Source of the DNA: Isurus oxyrinchus
Taxonomy: Eukaryota
NCBI GenBank assembly: GCA_026770705.1
Contig: JANJGN010000038.1
Coordinates: 8,556,001-8,615,863, forward strand
Reading direction: 5' to 3'
Length of the DNA: 59,863 bases
Positions 25,281-39,599 of the stretch are shown one piece after another. Under the pieces are notes generated by a model, which was not told the origin of the DNA, made no database searches, and saw nothing but the letters and a program-made list of their open reading frames with translations. The translations under genes were made by a program, and so were the position numbers. Each line of letters opens with the position of its first letter. The first letter of the stretch is position 1.

Positions 25281-28200
25281 CAGAGTCTGCAGATGGCGCA
25301 TTGGGCCTAACAGCCAAATCAGAACATATCGAAGTGGCATGGCAGCATGTCATCCTCGATCCTGAGGGAATGCCTAAGAAGAAGGAGACAGTCTCTAGAT
25401 GAATTTAAACCGAGACAGAACATAGTGCAGTGATTACTGATTCAGGTTCTAGATTAATCTGTACGTCTATTACAGAAACAGGGGTGAGATTGGTATTGAC
25501 TAGAATAGAGTCTAGTGCAGTAATAACTTAACAGACCCTAAGTATTATAAGCGGAGTAGGGGCATTGTGCAGTAATTATAGATACAGTGCCTCGGTTACT
25601 CTAAACTGAGATAGGGCCTATTACAGTGAATGCTGATACAGGGCTTAGAATAAAACAACCTGAGACAGCATCTACCACAGTGATTACAGACACAGGGCCT
25701 AGATTTATATAAACGGAGACAGGGTTTGTTAGTGTAATTTCTGATACAGTTCCTCGGTTAATATAAGCTCAGACAGGGCCTTTTACATTGATTACTAATA
25801 CAGGGCCGAGATTAATTGAAGCTACGACTGGATCTATTACAGAGAGTACTGATGCAAGGTAAAGATTCATATAAACTGAGGCAGGGTCTATTACAGCGAT
25901 TCCTGATACAGGGTCTATATTCATATAAATTGAGACAGGGTCAATCACAATGCTTATTGATACAGGCTCTAAATTAATATTGGCTGTGGGCAGGGTTTAT
26001 TACAGTAATTACCAATACAATGTCTGTATTAATATAAAAAGAGACGTGGTCTATCACAGTGATTACTGATACAAGGTCTGTATTAATATAAAGTCTATTA
26101 CACTGATTATTGATACAAGGTATGGATTGATATCAGCTGAGGCTGTGCTTATCACAGTGACTACTCACACAAGTTTTGGATTAACATAAACTGAGACAGG
26201 GTCTATTCCAATAATTACCAACACAATTCCTGTATTAATATTAACTGACACAGGGTCTATTACAGAGATAACTGATACAAGCTATGAATACATATCAACT
26301 GAGGCAGGGTCTATTACAGTAATTCTGACACAAAGAAAGGATTCATACCAACTGATGCATTGTCTGGGTTAATATAAGCTGAGACGGGGTCTATCACAGT
26401 TATTAATGATAAATGGTCTAGATTAATTTGAATGGAGACAAGGTATATTACAGTGATTACTGATACAAATTATGTATTAATACAAACTGTGACAGGGTCT
26501 ATTACAATGATTACTGATACAACTATGGATTCATATCAACTAATACAGGGCCGATTACAGTGATCACTGATACAATGTCTGGGTTAATATAAACTTGGAC
26601 AGGGTATATTCGAGTGATTACAGATACATGGTATTGATTAAAATTACCTGAGACAGGGTCTGTTACATTTAATAATGATAAATGGTCTGGATTAATATAA
26701 ACTGTGACAAGGTCTATTACAATGACTACTGATACAAGATATGGATTAACATAAACTGAGACAGGGTCTATCATAATGATTACTGATTCAGGGTCTGGAT
26801 TAATTTAAAGCAAGACAAGGTCTATTACAGTGATTACCAGTACAAGGCTTGGATGGATATAAACATAGTCAGGGTCTACTTCAGTGATTAATGATACAAA
26901 GTATTGATGAATAGCAATTATGACAGGGTCTATTATGGTAATTACTGATACATGGTCTAGAGAAATATAACTTGAGGCAGGGTTTATATCAGGGTCTATT
27001 ACAGTGATTACTGATACAGAGTCTAGATTAATATAAATGGAGACAGGGTCAATCACAGTGATTATTGATACAGGATCTACATTAATATAGACTTAGCACC
27101 GGGTCTATTACAGTAATTGCGAATACAATGTCTATGTTAATATAAACTGAAACATGGTCTATCACAGTGATTACTGAAACAAGGTATGTACTAATATAAA
27201 CTGAGACAGGGTCTATTACAATGACGATGGATAAAAGGCATGGATTTGTATCAACTGAGATAGGGTTTATCACAGTGGTTACTGATACAGTGTCTGGATT
27301 AGTATAAACTGAGACAAGGTCTTTTACTTTGATTACTGATGTATGGTACTGATTAAAACAACTTGAAAGGGCCTTTTACAATGACTACCAATACAGGGCC
27401 TAGATTAATATAATAGACAGTGTCTATTATAGTGTTTACCAATACAAGGCTGGGATTGATATAAATTCATTCAGAGTCTACTTCAGTGATTACGGATACA
27501 AGGTATTGATTAATATCAACTGAGACAGGGACTTTTATTTTGATTACTGAGACAAGGTCTGCATTAATATAAACCAAGGCATGGTCTATTACAGTGGTTA
27601 CTGATACAAGGTGTTGATTAACATCAACTGTGTCAGGGTCAATTTCAGTGATGACTGATACAGGGTCTAGATGAATATAAACTGTGTCAAGGTCTATTGG
27701 AGTAATTACTATTACAAGTAATGGACTTACATAAACTGAGACAGGGCGTATTACAGTCATTCCTGATGAAGGGTATTGATTAATAAATTGATGAACAGAT
27801 TTTATTGCAGTGATTAGTGATGCAAGAAATGTCTTAATATCCACTGAGAAAGGGTGTATTAACTTAATTACAAAATTCTATGCCTGTATTACTATAGACT
27901 GAGAGAGGGTATCTAAAAGTTGTTATTGATACAAGGTATGGATTAATATCAACTGAGGCAGGATCTATTACAGTGCTTATTAAATACAGTCTAGATTAGT
28001 ATAAATGGAGACAGGGTCAATCACAATGATTATTGATACAGAATGTAGGTGAATACAGACTAAGGACAGGGCCTATTACAGTAATTACCAATATAATGCC
28101 TGTCTTAATTAGTGATTACTGATATAAAGTATGGATTAATATCAACTGAGACAGAGCTTGTTATAGTGACTACAGATACAAGTTTTTAGATTCACATAAA

Positions 28201-30686
28201 CTGAGGCATGATCTAATACGGTTATTACCAATGCAATGTCTGTGTTAATATAAACTGAGACAGTGCCTATTACAGAGCTTACTGATGCAAGATATGGATT
28301 CATATCAATTCATCGAGGGTCAGTTAAAGTGATTACTGATACAGGGTCTGGATTAATATAAATTGAGACAGGGTCCATTAGAGTGATTACTGATACAAGT
28401 TATGGATTAATATAAACTGAGACAAGGCCTATTACAATGATTACTCATATATGGTATGGATTAAAATAAACTCAGACAGAATCTGTTACATTGATTTCTG
28501 ATACAGGGTCTAGGTTAATCTAAACTGAGGCAGGGTCTATTAAAGTAATTACCAATACGAGATCTGAATTAATATAAACTGAGACAGGGTACATTACTGT
28601 GATTACCAATAGAAGGCCTGTATTGATATAAACTAAGTCAAGGTCAGCGTCAGTGATTACTGATTCAAGGTTTTGATTAATATCAACTGAGACAGGGCCT
28701 ATTACAATGATTAGTGACACAGGATCAAGAAAAATATAAACTGAAAGATGGCCTAATACAGTGATTACAGATGCAAGGCATGGAGTAATATCAACTGAGA
28801 TAGGGTCTATTGCAGTGATTACTAATGCAGGGTCTAGATTAATATCAACTGAGACAGGGTCTATTACAGTGATTACTGATACAGGGTCTAGATTAATATA
28901 AATGGAGACACTGTCAATCAGAATGATTATTGATACAGGATCTAGGTGAATATGGACTCAGGGCAGTGTCTATTCAGTGATTACTGATACAAGTTATCAA
29001 TTAATATAAACTGAGACAGGTTCTATTACAGTAATTACCAATGCAATATTCGTATTGATTTAAACCGAGACAGGGTCTTTTACAATGATTAATAAGCAAG
29101 GTCAGTATTAATATAAACTGAGACAGAGCCTATTACAGTGATTACTGATACATGGTATGGATTAATAAAAAATGAGACAGGGTTTATCACAGTAATTACT
29201 GATACATGGCATGCATTAAAATAAACTGGGACAGTATCTGTTACATTTCTTACTGACACATGGTCTAGATTCAGGCAAATAGAGACCATGTCTCTTTCAG
29301 TGATTAATAATACAAGGTCTGGATTGATATAAATTGAGACAGGGTCTATTCCAGTCATTATCGAGACTAGGTCTGTGCTAATATAGTCTTAGTCAGCATC
29401 TACTTCAGTGATTACTAATACAAGGTATTGATTAATATCAACTGAGACAGGATCTGTTACAGTGGTTATTGGTAAAATATTTGGATTGTTATAAACTGAG
29501 ATTGGGTCTTTTACAGTCTAATACAAGGCCTGTATTAATATAAAATGAGACATGGTCCATTCCAGTGATTACTGATACAAGTTATGTATTAAAATAAAGT
29601 GAGACAAGGTCTGTTAGATTTATTATTGATACATGGTATGGATTAAAGGAAACTGAGACAGAGTCCATTACAGTGATCACCAATACAAGACCTGGACTGA
29701 TATAAACTGAGATATGGACTATTCCAGCCATTACCAAGACAAGGTCTGTATTGATGTAAACTGAGTCAGGGTCTAATTCAGTGATCATTGATTCAAGGTA
29801 TTAATTAATAACAACACAGAAAGGGTCTGTTACAGTGTAACAATGTATGGATTGAAATAAACTGAGTCAGGGTCTTTTACACTGATTACTGAGACAAGGT
29901 CTGTGTTAATGTAAACTGAGACAGGTTCTCTAACATTGTTTGCTGATACAAGGTATGGATTAATTTCAACTGAGGCAGGGCCAGTACAGTGATCATTGAT
30001 ACAAGGTATCAATTTACATAAACTGAGACAGGGTTTATTATAGTGACTACTGATACAAGTTATGGATTCATATCAACTGAGACAGGGTCTATTGCAGTGA
30101 TTACTAATGCTGGTTATGGGGATAGTATATACTGAGACAGAGTACATTACAATGATTACTGATACACGGTATGAATTAAGATTAGCAGAGACATGTTCTA
30201 TTACAGTGATTACCAACAAAAGACCTATATTGATATAAACTGAGCCACGGTCTACTGCAGTGGTCACTGATACAAAGCATTGATTAATATCAACAGAGAC
30301 AGGGTCTGTTACACTGATTACTGTTACAATGTATGGATTGAAATAAACCTAAAGAGGGTGTTATACAGTGACTAATGATATAATGTCTGCATTAATATAA
30401 ATGGAGATTGGGTCTCTTTTAGTGGTTACTGATACAAGGCATGGATTAACATCAACTGAGGTAGGGTCTATTACAGTAATTACTAATATAGGACCTAGAT
30501 TAATATAAACTGAGGGAAGGCCTATATCAATGATTACTGTTACAATGTATGGATTGCTAAAGAAGTACAAAGGGTCTATTTCAGTGATTACTATACGTGG
30601 CCCGTATTAATATCAATTAAGGCAGGGTCCATTACAGTGATAGAAGGCATGGGCTAATACAATATGAGACAGAGTCTATTACAGTG

Positions 30687-30913
30687 AAAAAACTCAGAAG
30701 GTCTGGCAGCATCGGCAGAGAAGAAAAGAGTTGACACTTTGAGTCCTCATGACCCTTCAACAGAACTGAGTGAATCCTGGGCTCATCTTTCCATGAGGAC
30801 TCGAAACATCAATTCTTTTCTTCTCCGCCGATGCTGCCAGACCTGTTGAGTTTTTCCAGGTAATCCTGTTTTTGTTTTGGATTTCCAGCATCCACAGTTT
30901 TTTTGTTTTTTTA
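30687..30913. mobile_element. Penelope-like hairpin (inverted-repeat) element inserted in the satellite
   Basis: The arm aaaactcagaaggtctggcagcatcggcagagaagaaaagagttgac is the inverse of caattcttttcttctccgccgatgctgccagacctgttgagttttt. tctattacagtg is duplicated at 30675-30686 and 30914-30925. Confidence 0.7.
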
Positions 30914-32299
30914 TCTATTACAGTGTTTACTGCTACAAGGTCTGGGCTGGTGTAAATTGAGACAGGGTGTATTACTGTGACTACTGATACAGGGTCTGAA
31001 TTGATATAATCTGATACTGGGTGTAGTACAGTAATTTCTGATGCAGGGCCTAGGTTAATATTCACTGCGACAGGGTCCATTACATTGAACATTGATACAA
31101 GGTCTGTGTTAATTTAAGGTGAGGCAGAATCTCTTTCAGTGATTGCTGATACAATGTATGGATTAATATCAAGTAAGGCAAGGTCTCTTTCAGTGGTTAC
31201 TGATGCAACATATGAATTAATATCAACTGATGCAGGGCCTATTACAGTGATTACTGATACAGGGTCTAGATTTATATAAACTGAGACAGATTCGGATACA
31301 GTGTTAATGATGCAAGGTCTGGACTGGTGTAAACTGAGACAGCATGTTTTACAGTGACTACTGCCACAGGGTCTGTATTGATATAATCTGAAACTCGGTA
31401 CAGGACAATGATCACTGATACAGGTTCTGGATTAATGTAAACTGAGACTGGGTCTAGTACAGTGATTACTGATGCATGGTATGGATTAAAATAAACTGGA
31501 AAGGGTCAATTAATGCGGTTAACGACATAAGGCCTACGTTAATATAAACTGAGAATAGGTCAATTACATTAGTTAATGATACAGGGCCTAGATTAATATA
31601 AACTGAGACAGGCTCAATTACAGTGATTACTGTTAAATGGTCTCAATTAATTTAAACATATACTCAGTCTATTACAATGATTACTGATACAGGGTCCAGG
31701 TTAATTTAAACTGAGACAAGGCCTATTGAAGTGATTACCAGTACAATATCTGCATTAATATAAATAGCAACAGTGTCTATTCAAGTGAATACTGATACAA
31801 GGCATGGATTAATATAGATGGAGCCAGTGTGTATTACTGTGAATACTGATACAGGTTATGGGTTAATATAAACTGAGGTAGGCTCTATTACAGCATTCAC
31901 CAATACAATATCTATGACTATATAAACTGAGAAAGGGTATTTTAGAGCGATTATTGATTCAAGGCATGGATTAATATAAACTGAGACTTGGTCTATTATA
32001 GTGATTGCTGATACATGGCATTTATTAACATAAACTGAGACACAGTCTATTACAGTGATAACCAATACAAGGCCTGGGCTGATATTAACTGAGACAGGGT
32101 CTATTCCAGTGATTAACAAGACAAGGTCTATATTGATATAAAGTGTGCCAGGGTTTTTACAGGGATTACTGATACAAGGTATTGATTACTATCAACTGAG
32201 GCAGGGCCTCGTATGGTGATTACTAATACAAGGTTTGTATTAATAAAAACTGAGACAGGGTCTCTTTCAGTGCTTACTGATACAAGACATGGATTAATA

Positions 32300-33555
32300 T
32301 AAACTGAGACAGTGTGTATTACAGTGAATACTGAAACAGGTTATGCGTTATTATAAACTGAGACAGTGTGTATTACAGTGAATACTGAAATAGGTTATGG
32401 GTTATTATAAACTGGGACAGTGTGTATTACAGTGAATACTGAGACAGGTTATGGGTTATTATAAACTGAGACAGTGTGTATTACAGTGAATACTGAAACA
32501 GGTTATGGGTTATTATAAACTGGGACAGTGTGTATTAAAGTGAATACTGAAACAGGTTATGGGTTATTATAAACTGGGACAGTGTGTATTACAGTGAATA
32601 CTGAATCAGGTTATGGGTTATTATAAACCAGGACAGTGTGTATTAAAGTGAATACTGAAAGAGGTTATGGGTTATTATAAACTGGGACAGTGGGTATTAC
32701 AGTGAATACTGAAACAGGTTATGGGTTATTATAAACTGGGACAGTATGTATAACAGTGACTACTAAAACAGGTTATGGGTTATTATAAACTGGGACAGTA
32801 TGTATAACAGTGACTACTAAAACAGGTTATGGGTTATTATAAACTGGGACAGTGTGTATTACAGTGAATACTGAAACAGGTTATGGGTTATTATAAACTG
32901 GGACAGTGTGTATTACAGTGAATACTGAAACAGGTTATGGGTTATTATAAACTGAGACAGTGTGTATTACAGTGAATACTGAAACAGGTTATGGGTTATT
33001 ATAAACTGGGACAGTGTGTATTACAGTGAATACTGAAACAGGTTTATGGGTTATTATAAACTGAGACAGTGGGTATTACAGTGAATACTGAAACAGGATA
33101 TGGGTTATTATAAACTGAGACAGTGGGTATTACAGTGAATACTGAAACAGGTTATGGGTTATTATAAACGGAGACAGTATGTATAACAGTGAATACTGAA
33201 ACAGGTTATGGGTTATTATAAACTGAGACAGTGTGTATTACAGTGAATACTGAAACAGGTTATGGGTTATTATAAACTGGGACAGTGTGTATTACAGTGA
33301 ATACTGAAACAGGTTTATGGGTTATTATAAACTGAGACAGTGGGTATTACAGTGAATACTGAAACAGGATATGGGTTATTATAAACTGAGACAGTGGGTA
33401 TTACAGTGAATACTGAAACAGGTTATGGGTTATTATCAACTGGGACAGTGTGTATTACAGTGAATACTGAAACAGGTTATGGGTTATTATAAACTGGGAC
33501 AGTGTGTATTACAGTGAATACTGAAACAGGTTATGTGTTATTATAAACTGAGACA
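32300..33555 (+). repeat. homogeneous 54-bp sub-array (~23 near-identical units)
   Basis: aactg(a/g)gacagtgtgtattacagtgaatactgaaacaggttatgggttattata repeated with few changes. Confidence 0.95.
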
Positions 33556-35361
33556 GTCTCTATTATAGAAATTACCAATACAATATCTGTATTTATATAA
33601 ACTTATAAAGGTTATTTTGCAGTGATTATTGATACAAGGCATGGATTAATATAAACTGAGACTGGGTCTATTACAGTGATTACTGATACATGGTATTGAT
33701 TAACATAAACTGAGACAGGGTCTATTACAATGATTACCAATACAAGGTCTATATTGATATAAAGTGTGTCAGGGCTTTTACAGGGATTACTGATACAGGG
33801 TATTGATTACTATCAACTGAGACAGGGTCTCTTACAGTGATTAACAAGACAAGGTCTATATTGATATAAAGTGTGTGAAGGTTTTTACAGGGATTACTGA
33901 TGCAAGGTATTGATTAAGATAAACTGAGACAGGGTCTATTACAGTAATTACTGATACAAGGTTTGTGTAATATAAACTAAGCCAGGTCTATTTCAGTGCT
34001 TACTGATACAAAACATGGATTAATATAAACTGAGACAATCTGTATTAGAGTGAATACTGAAATAAGTTATGGGTTAATATAATTTGAGGCAGGGTCTATT
34101 ACAGCATTCACCAATGCAATGTCTGTATTTATATAAACCTAGAAAGGGTTTTACAGTGAATGTTGATACAATGCATGGATTAATATAAACAGACTGGTTC
34201 TATTAAAGTGATTACTGATACATGGTATTGATTAACATAAACTGAGACAGGATATATTACAGTGATTACCAATACAAGGCCTGGGTTGATATTAACTGAG
34301 ATGGGGTCTATTCCAGTGATTAACAAGAAAAGATCTATATTGATATAAAGTGTGACAGGGTTTTTACAAGGATTACTGATACAAGGTATTGATTACTGTC
34401 AACCGAGACAGGGTCTCTTACAGTGAATACTAATACAAGGTTTGTATTAATATAAACTGAGACAGGGTCTCTTGCAGCGGTTACTGATACAAGGTATGGA
34501 TAATATCCACTTAGGCAGGGTTTATTACAGTGATTACTGATACAAAGTCTGTATTCATATAAACAGAGGCAGGGTCTAGTGCAGTGATTACTGGTAAACG
34601 GCCTAGATTAATATCAACTGCTACAGAACAGGATTACTGATACTGGGCCCAATTTAATAAAACTGAAGCGGGGCATAAAGCGATAATCTCTGAGCCTGCC
34701 CTGAATGTAAGTCAACCAGGGATAAATCTGCTGTGGAAACAATTGATGCAGGGCTTTGAAGCATATTGAGAGGGACAGAGAGTAATGCAGTTATAATTAA
34801 TGCATAACCTAGTGTAATATACAGAGAGATAGGGTTTAGTGTTACATCATTAGAAACATCTTACTGCGCAATATAAGTGTATTAATATCGAATTAACATA
34901 AGCCCAAGCAACACTGATCCATTTGCCAGTGGAACAGCTTCTCCCTAAATATTCAAAAGCACCCCTCACACGTTGGACTATTTCTGATAAACCTATCCTA
35001 TGATTCTCGTTGAGTAGGAGAGCAATCCCAGTTTCTTGTTGTGCAGAGAGTGAGGGGTAGTGCAAACTTAAGTTCTAGGAAATCTTCTGTCTTGTTACTT
35101 TGAAATTAGCATTTAACAATTGTTGACACTGTTATAAGGGGCCAACCGAAATAAAGTGCACTGTTACAACAGGGTCAGGCTAAAACACCGGGCTACAATG
35201 CAACGGATCCCTTACAACTAAATTGATGTGTGTAAGACTGGAGCCTGCTCCTGAACTTTAGATACATAGAACCAAATGTTATAATTTCAAAATAGCAACT
35301 GCGACATATCCAGTGCCTTGCATTAGTGGATCTCCTACATGGACAGTAACCACTACTGAAC

Positions 35362-35445
35362 TGAAAACAGAAAGTACTGTGAAGACTCAGCAGGCCTGGC
35401 AGGGTCTGAGGAGAGAGCAACAGAGTTAACGTTTCGATTCCATAT
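35362..35445. mobile_element. single arm of the Penelope-like hairpin family
   Basis: actcagcaggcctggcagggtctgaggagagagcaacagagttaacgtttcg matches the arms at 30.7 and 55.7 kb. Confidence 0.55.
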
Positions 35446-35549
35446 AAATTTATTTAGAGCCACAACTGTAGGTTTGAAGCATGGTCAGTGGAGTGATCAT
35501 TCAGATGTGGCGTTGCTAATGTCATCACAGTCTTAGGGAATAGCAGCAT

Positions 35550-35870
35550 CAAGGTAAATTAACTGGGCTGGTAATACAGAGAATATCAGAAATGCTCCAG
35601 GGACATGATTTAAACGCCACGACGGCAGCTGGCGGGATTTCCATTCATTTAATTCACTAAAACCGAAACTGGAATAAAATTACTCATTGCATTAATAATC
35701 GAACAACCTCATTGTCATGAAGTTGCAACTGGTTCACTAATGTCATTCGGGGAGGAAATCTTACCCTTACCAGCCTGGCCTACGTGAGGCTGCAGCCCCA
35801 CAACAACGTGGTTGACTCTTAACGGCCCTTGGAATGGTCCAGAAGGCCATTTAGTTGGGTCAAAGCACTT
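35550..35870 (+). mobile_element. decayed SINE (family of 6078-6455)
   Basis: ctggttcactaatgtcattcggggaggaaatc...cctggcctacgtga...gtggttgactcttaac. Confidence 0.6.
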
Positions 35871-38069
35871 CTTGGGAAGTCAGATAAGAGGCGCACGGCA
35901 CAAACTGCAGCTGTTGAAGATGTCGGCTCCCTGCCACCTTCTCAAGGGTACTTATTGCAGGACAGTTAAGGCTGGCCTTGTTTTCGACGTTCACAACAAA
36001 AGAACAAATAAAAACAACGGTCAAAGCTTTGTAAACTATTACGGATGCTCTCAATGTAAAGTAAGGCCAGAAAATCGGGAAACACTCAGCATCATTCTCC
36101 GCTGACACTATTTTACAGCGCAGGGGTATCCTGGACCAATACCTAATGCGCAACTAACATCACTAATAAACAGGTGATCTGGGCTTTTATTACATCTCTG
36201 TTGGTGGGAGCTTCCTGTGCACAAATTGCCTCCTGTAGTTCTAACGTGACACAAGAGATTGTAATTCGAAATAAGGTACATCAATGAGGTTAATGAGATA
36301 TGTGATTTTGGACCTCCTGAGATGGTGAAATGTGCTGTATAAACACCGAGTTTTTACTAAAAGTGAACATGTCAAAACATATGTGGTGATGTGTTAGAAA
36401 GTCTGAGAAGAATGTGATTAACGGTCATTTCTCTGTTTATTATTTAAACATGTTTATGTGAAAGGGGTTCATCCTTTCACCAATCGATATTCAGCGGAAT
36501 AACAGGCTGCTCAGAAATGCTTAATTGATTTAAGCAGCAGAATTTCCAGAAATATTTTTTCTTAAATTCAATGGCTTCTTTTCTTTAAAATAAATAACAT
36601 CTGTACCAATTGGTTTTCTGAAAATTGTGTTCAATTCTTATACGATCTGTGAATATTCTTAAAATAAACTTGTTTTGCGCTGAACATAATCAATAAGTGA
36701 CTGTTGATCTGATTCTGCTGCCATGAACACCACTTTGAAACTAGTGAGGCGGTTATGTAAATAAACACAGAAATAGACGCCTCAGAATAGAATATTGAGC
36801 GTCGGAAATACAATAGATGTTTCCCCACCAGCAGAGCATAGAATTCACAACACAGAGAAATGCAAATCACACAAAGGATTCCAATAATGATTGATATTTG
36901 GAAGATTTCTATAAGTTATGGGATAACAATATAAAGATGTTTTTTGTGTTCAAAACTGGCGAAGCGTCCTTTGATACGATATACAGCAGCATTGAAAATG
37001 TGTTTGCGGAGTTTCCTGCATTCTATCCCGCTCTGTCTCCCTTTCTCCCCTATCCCGGGCGTGTCTGGCCTCTCATTAATCTGTCAGCGTCTGTAACTCA
37101 TAACGTGAAGTCAATATCTTATCAAAGATTAATCTCACCCCTATTCATTGACTTTCAACAAAATAGATGGCTGTTCGCAGAAGGAACTTAACTCTAAAAT
37201 GTGTCTGGTTCACTCAACAACATGGGAGTATTTAATGGGACAGTCTAAAGGGAGCCCTCCTCTGCACATTAACATTCCTATGTCTTCCTGTGAATGGTAT
37301 ATGGGAAATTGTAGAGGGATCTTTTTTCTGCATCAGATACTGCTGTACCATTCTTGGGAGCATTCGATCGAATCATATAGAGGGACTGTTGTCTATCCTG
37401 CGCTATACATGTCCTGGGAGTGTTTGGTGGGATAGTTTAGAGAGACCTTTACTCTGCCTCACCCCGGAATTTACCAATGTAGACGTAGCTTTACTCTGCG
37501 TCTGAACTGTCCCGTGTCTATCCTTAGGAGTGTCAAATAGTATTTCGGACTCAGTGCATGAAATGGTGTTCTAGACCGAATCTCTCATCACATGTCAAAA
37601 TATATTTGGATGTTCACTTGAAGTACTGTAGTCCCAAGGGCCCTGGCACAAAAGCTAGGAAGTGGGATTAGACTTGATAGATCATTTCAGGCCATTATGG
37701 TTAGAGTGTGCACAATGGCCTATTTCTGTGCTGCAGAAATCTATGATTTTCAGATGCTATGAAGTGCGTTGAGGTCTCAGAAAGTGTACAGAGGAAGGTA
37801 ACTAGTTTGTTAACAAGGATCAGGGTCTTTAGTAACAACAATAAATTGGGCAAATTGGCAGCATTCTGCTTGTGATAAAGAAGATTAAGCAGAAACCTAA
37901 ACGCTTTTTCCAAGATGATGAGAGGTTTGAAAGAGAATTAGCAGAGAACATCAGTTCCTTCTGTTCATTGTGTCAATATCCAGTGATCATAGCTTCAGAA
38001 CAAATGTATATATTGGAAGATTTGTAAAAGGGCGATGAAGAGAAATATTTCGCTAGCAACTGGTTCTCT

Positions 38070-38600
38070 TTATATTACACCAGATCCTGTCTCAATTATT
38101 AATCTTTGAGTTCAAGTCACAGTTTTAGTTTTGCTGAAACCTGTGAAATTTATGGATGCATAATCTGGTATTTGTATTTTTATTACACTAGGCTGTGACA
38201 CAATTAACTCTGTGCTAATCAAGCCTCTGTTTCAGGCCGGCCCCCAAATCAGTTATTACTACATTAGAGCATTTCTCTATTTATATTATATAATGCTCTG
38301 TTTCAGTTATTAGTGAACCATACACCGTGGCTCTATATGTCGCACTCGACCACGTCTCAGTTATTACTATACTAGATCATGTATGTGTTAATATTACCCT
38401 GAATCCTGTCTCTGTTATTACTGCACTGGAACCTGTCTCCATTTATAATGTTTTACATTATTGTTTCTGTTAAAATTCCACTGGATAATATATCTCTTTA
38501 TATTTTACAGTTGGCCCTTTCTCAGTTATTACTGCCCTATGCCATGTTTATGTTAAGCTAACACTTTACCCACGCCAGTAATCATTGAATTATATCATGG
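38070..38600 (-). repeat. degenerate 27-bp satellite (reverse orientation)
   Basis: Variants of cctgtctctgttattactgcactggaacc. Confidence 0.65.
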
Positions 38601-39599
38601 CAAACGTATTGGAAACTGGTGAGGAAATAGTGAAGTTAACGTGCAGCACAAAACAATGGAAACAGAAACAATTTTTTTTTATTGAATTTCATTGAGAGTG
38701 GAAAGTGTTCCATTCCATTCCAAGTGAGAGAGTTACAGATTTATTATGCTCACGTTAGGTATAGGTACAGTTGCATTTTCACCGCCTCTTGCACAGATCA
38801 TCACACAGTCGAGTGACGCACTAGTGATCACTTGTCAACAAACAGAGAGAATGGTGGGTAGATGTCCTTTATTCTCCATGTGATTTAATCCACTTTCGAA
38901 CTGAATTCTGAGCGTAGCTAAACTCACTTTGGAATCTAAATAGGCATTTTCCACACAAGAACTCGAAAAAGATGTCAGCATCAAGAAATGTTAACGATAA
39001 TAGATGATCTGAAATTGCTGGATGGATGGTTCGAAATATAGATAGATAGACTGACAGCCAAACAGACAGGTACGCAGCTAGATGGGTTGACAGATAGAGA
39101 GACTGAGATACACAACATCTAGCGTAATATAGACAGTTTAATGCTAAATAACCTTTTCGGTGGCTCATATGATACAAACAGGGAGATGGTCTTGTATAAT
39201 GTGAAGAGATGTATGCATCAGTGCAATTACTTACTCCAACAGGACCTAGTGTAAAACATGAATTGAGACTAGGTCTTTTGCACTGCGATCTGAGACAGAG
39301 TCCTATGTAATTTAAAGGAAGGCATGACCCAGTCATTACGTATCCCACCTTTCATGGTCTTAGATACCTCGATCAAAGTCCCTCTTAACACCCTCTATTC
39401 TAAGGTAAACGATTCAAGATCTCCAAGGTCTAGTAACATTCGGATCAATCTCCTCTTCATCCTCTCTGCGACCTTCAAATGCTTTATAAAACAGAGTTCC
39501 TGGAATAATTATGTACAATATACATGGAAACACAATAGGGAATACTTTAACAAATATTGTTTTTAATCATTCACTAGGCTGAAGTATTTATTTATCTCT

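Larger units (their letters stand above)
25400..34680 (+). repeat. ~9-kb tandem satellite; 54-bp unit made of two related 27-mers
   Basis: Consensus is about aactgagacagggtctattacagtgat-tactgatacaaggtatggattaatata. The periodic minus-strand ORFs (ITVIDPVSVYINP) are a by-product. Confidence 0.95.

Noticed and set aside
26523-32119. Many minus-strand ORFs with 18-aa periodic ITVIDPVSVYINP sequence
   Set aside because: By-product of a 54-bp (multiple of 3) satellite; short and frequently stopped.
32300-33555. CRISPR-like regular array
   Set aside because: Head-to-tail repeats with no unique spacers or cas genes, in vertebrate DNA.
36860-36867. Perfect octamer ATGCAAAT
   Set aside because: 15 kb from the V with no leader or V nearby; about one or two are expected by chance in 60 kb.
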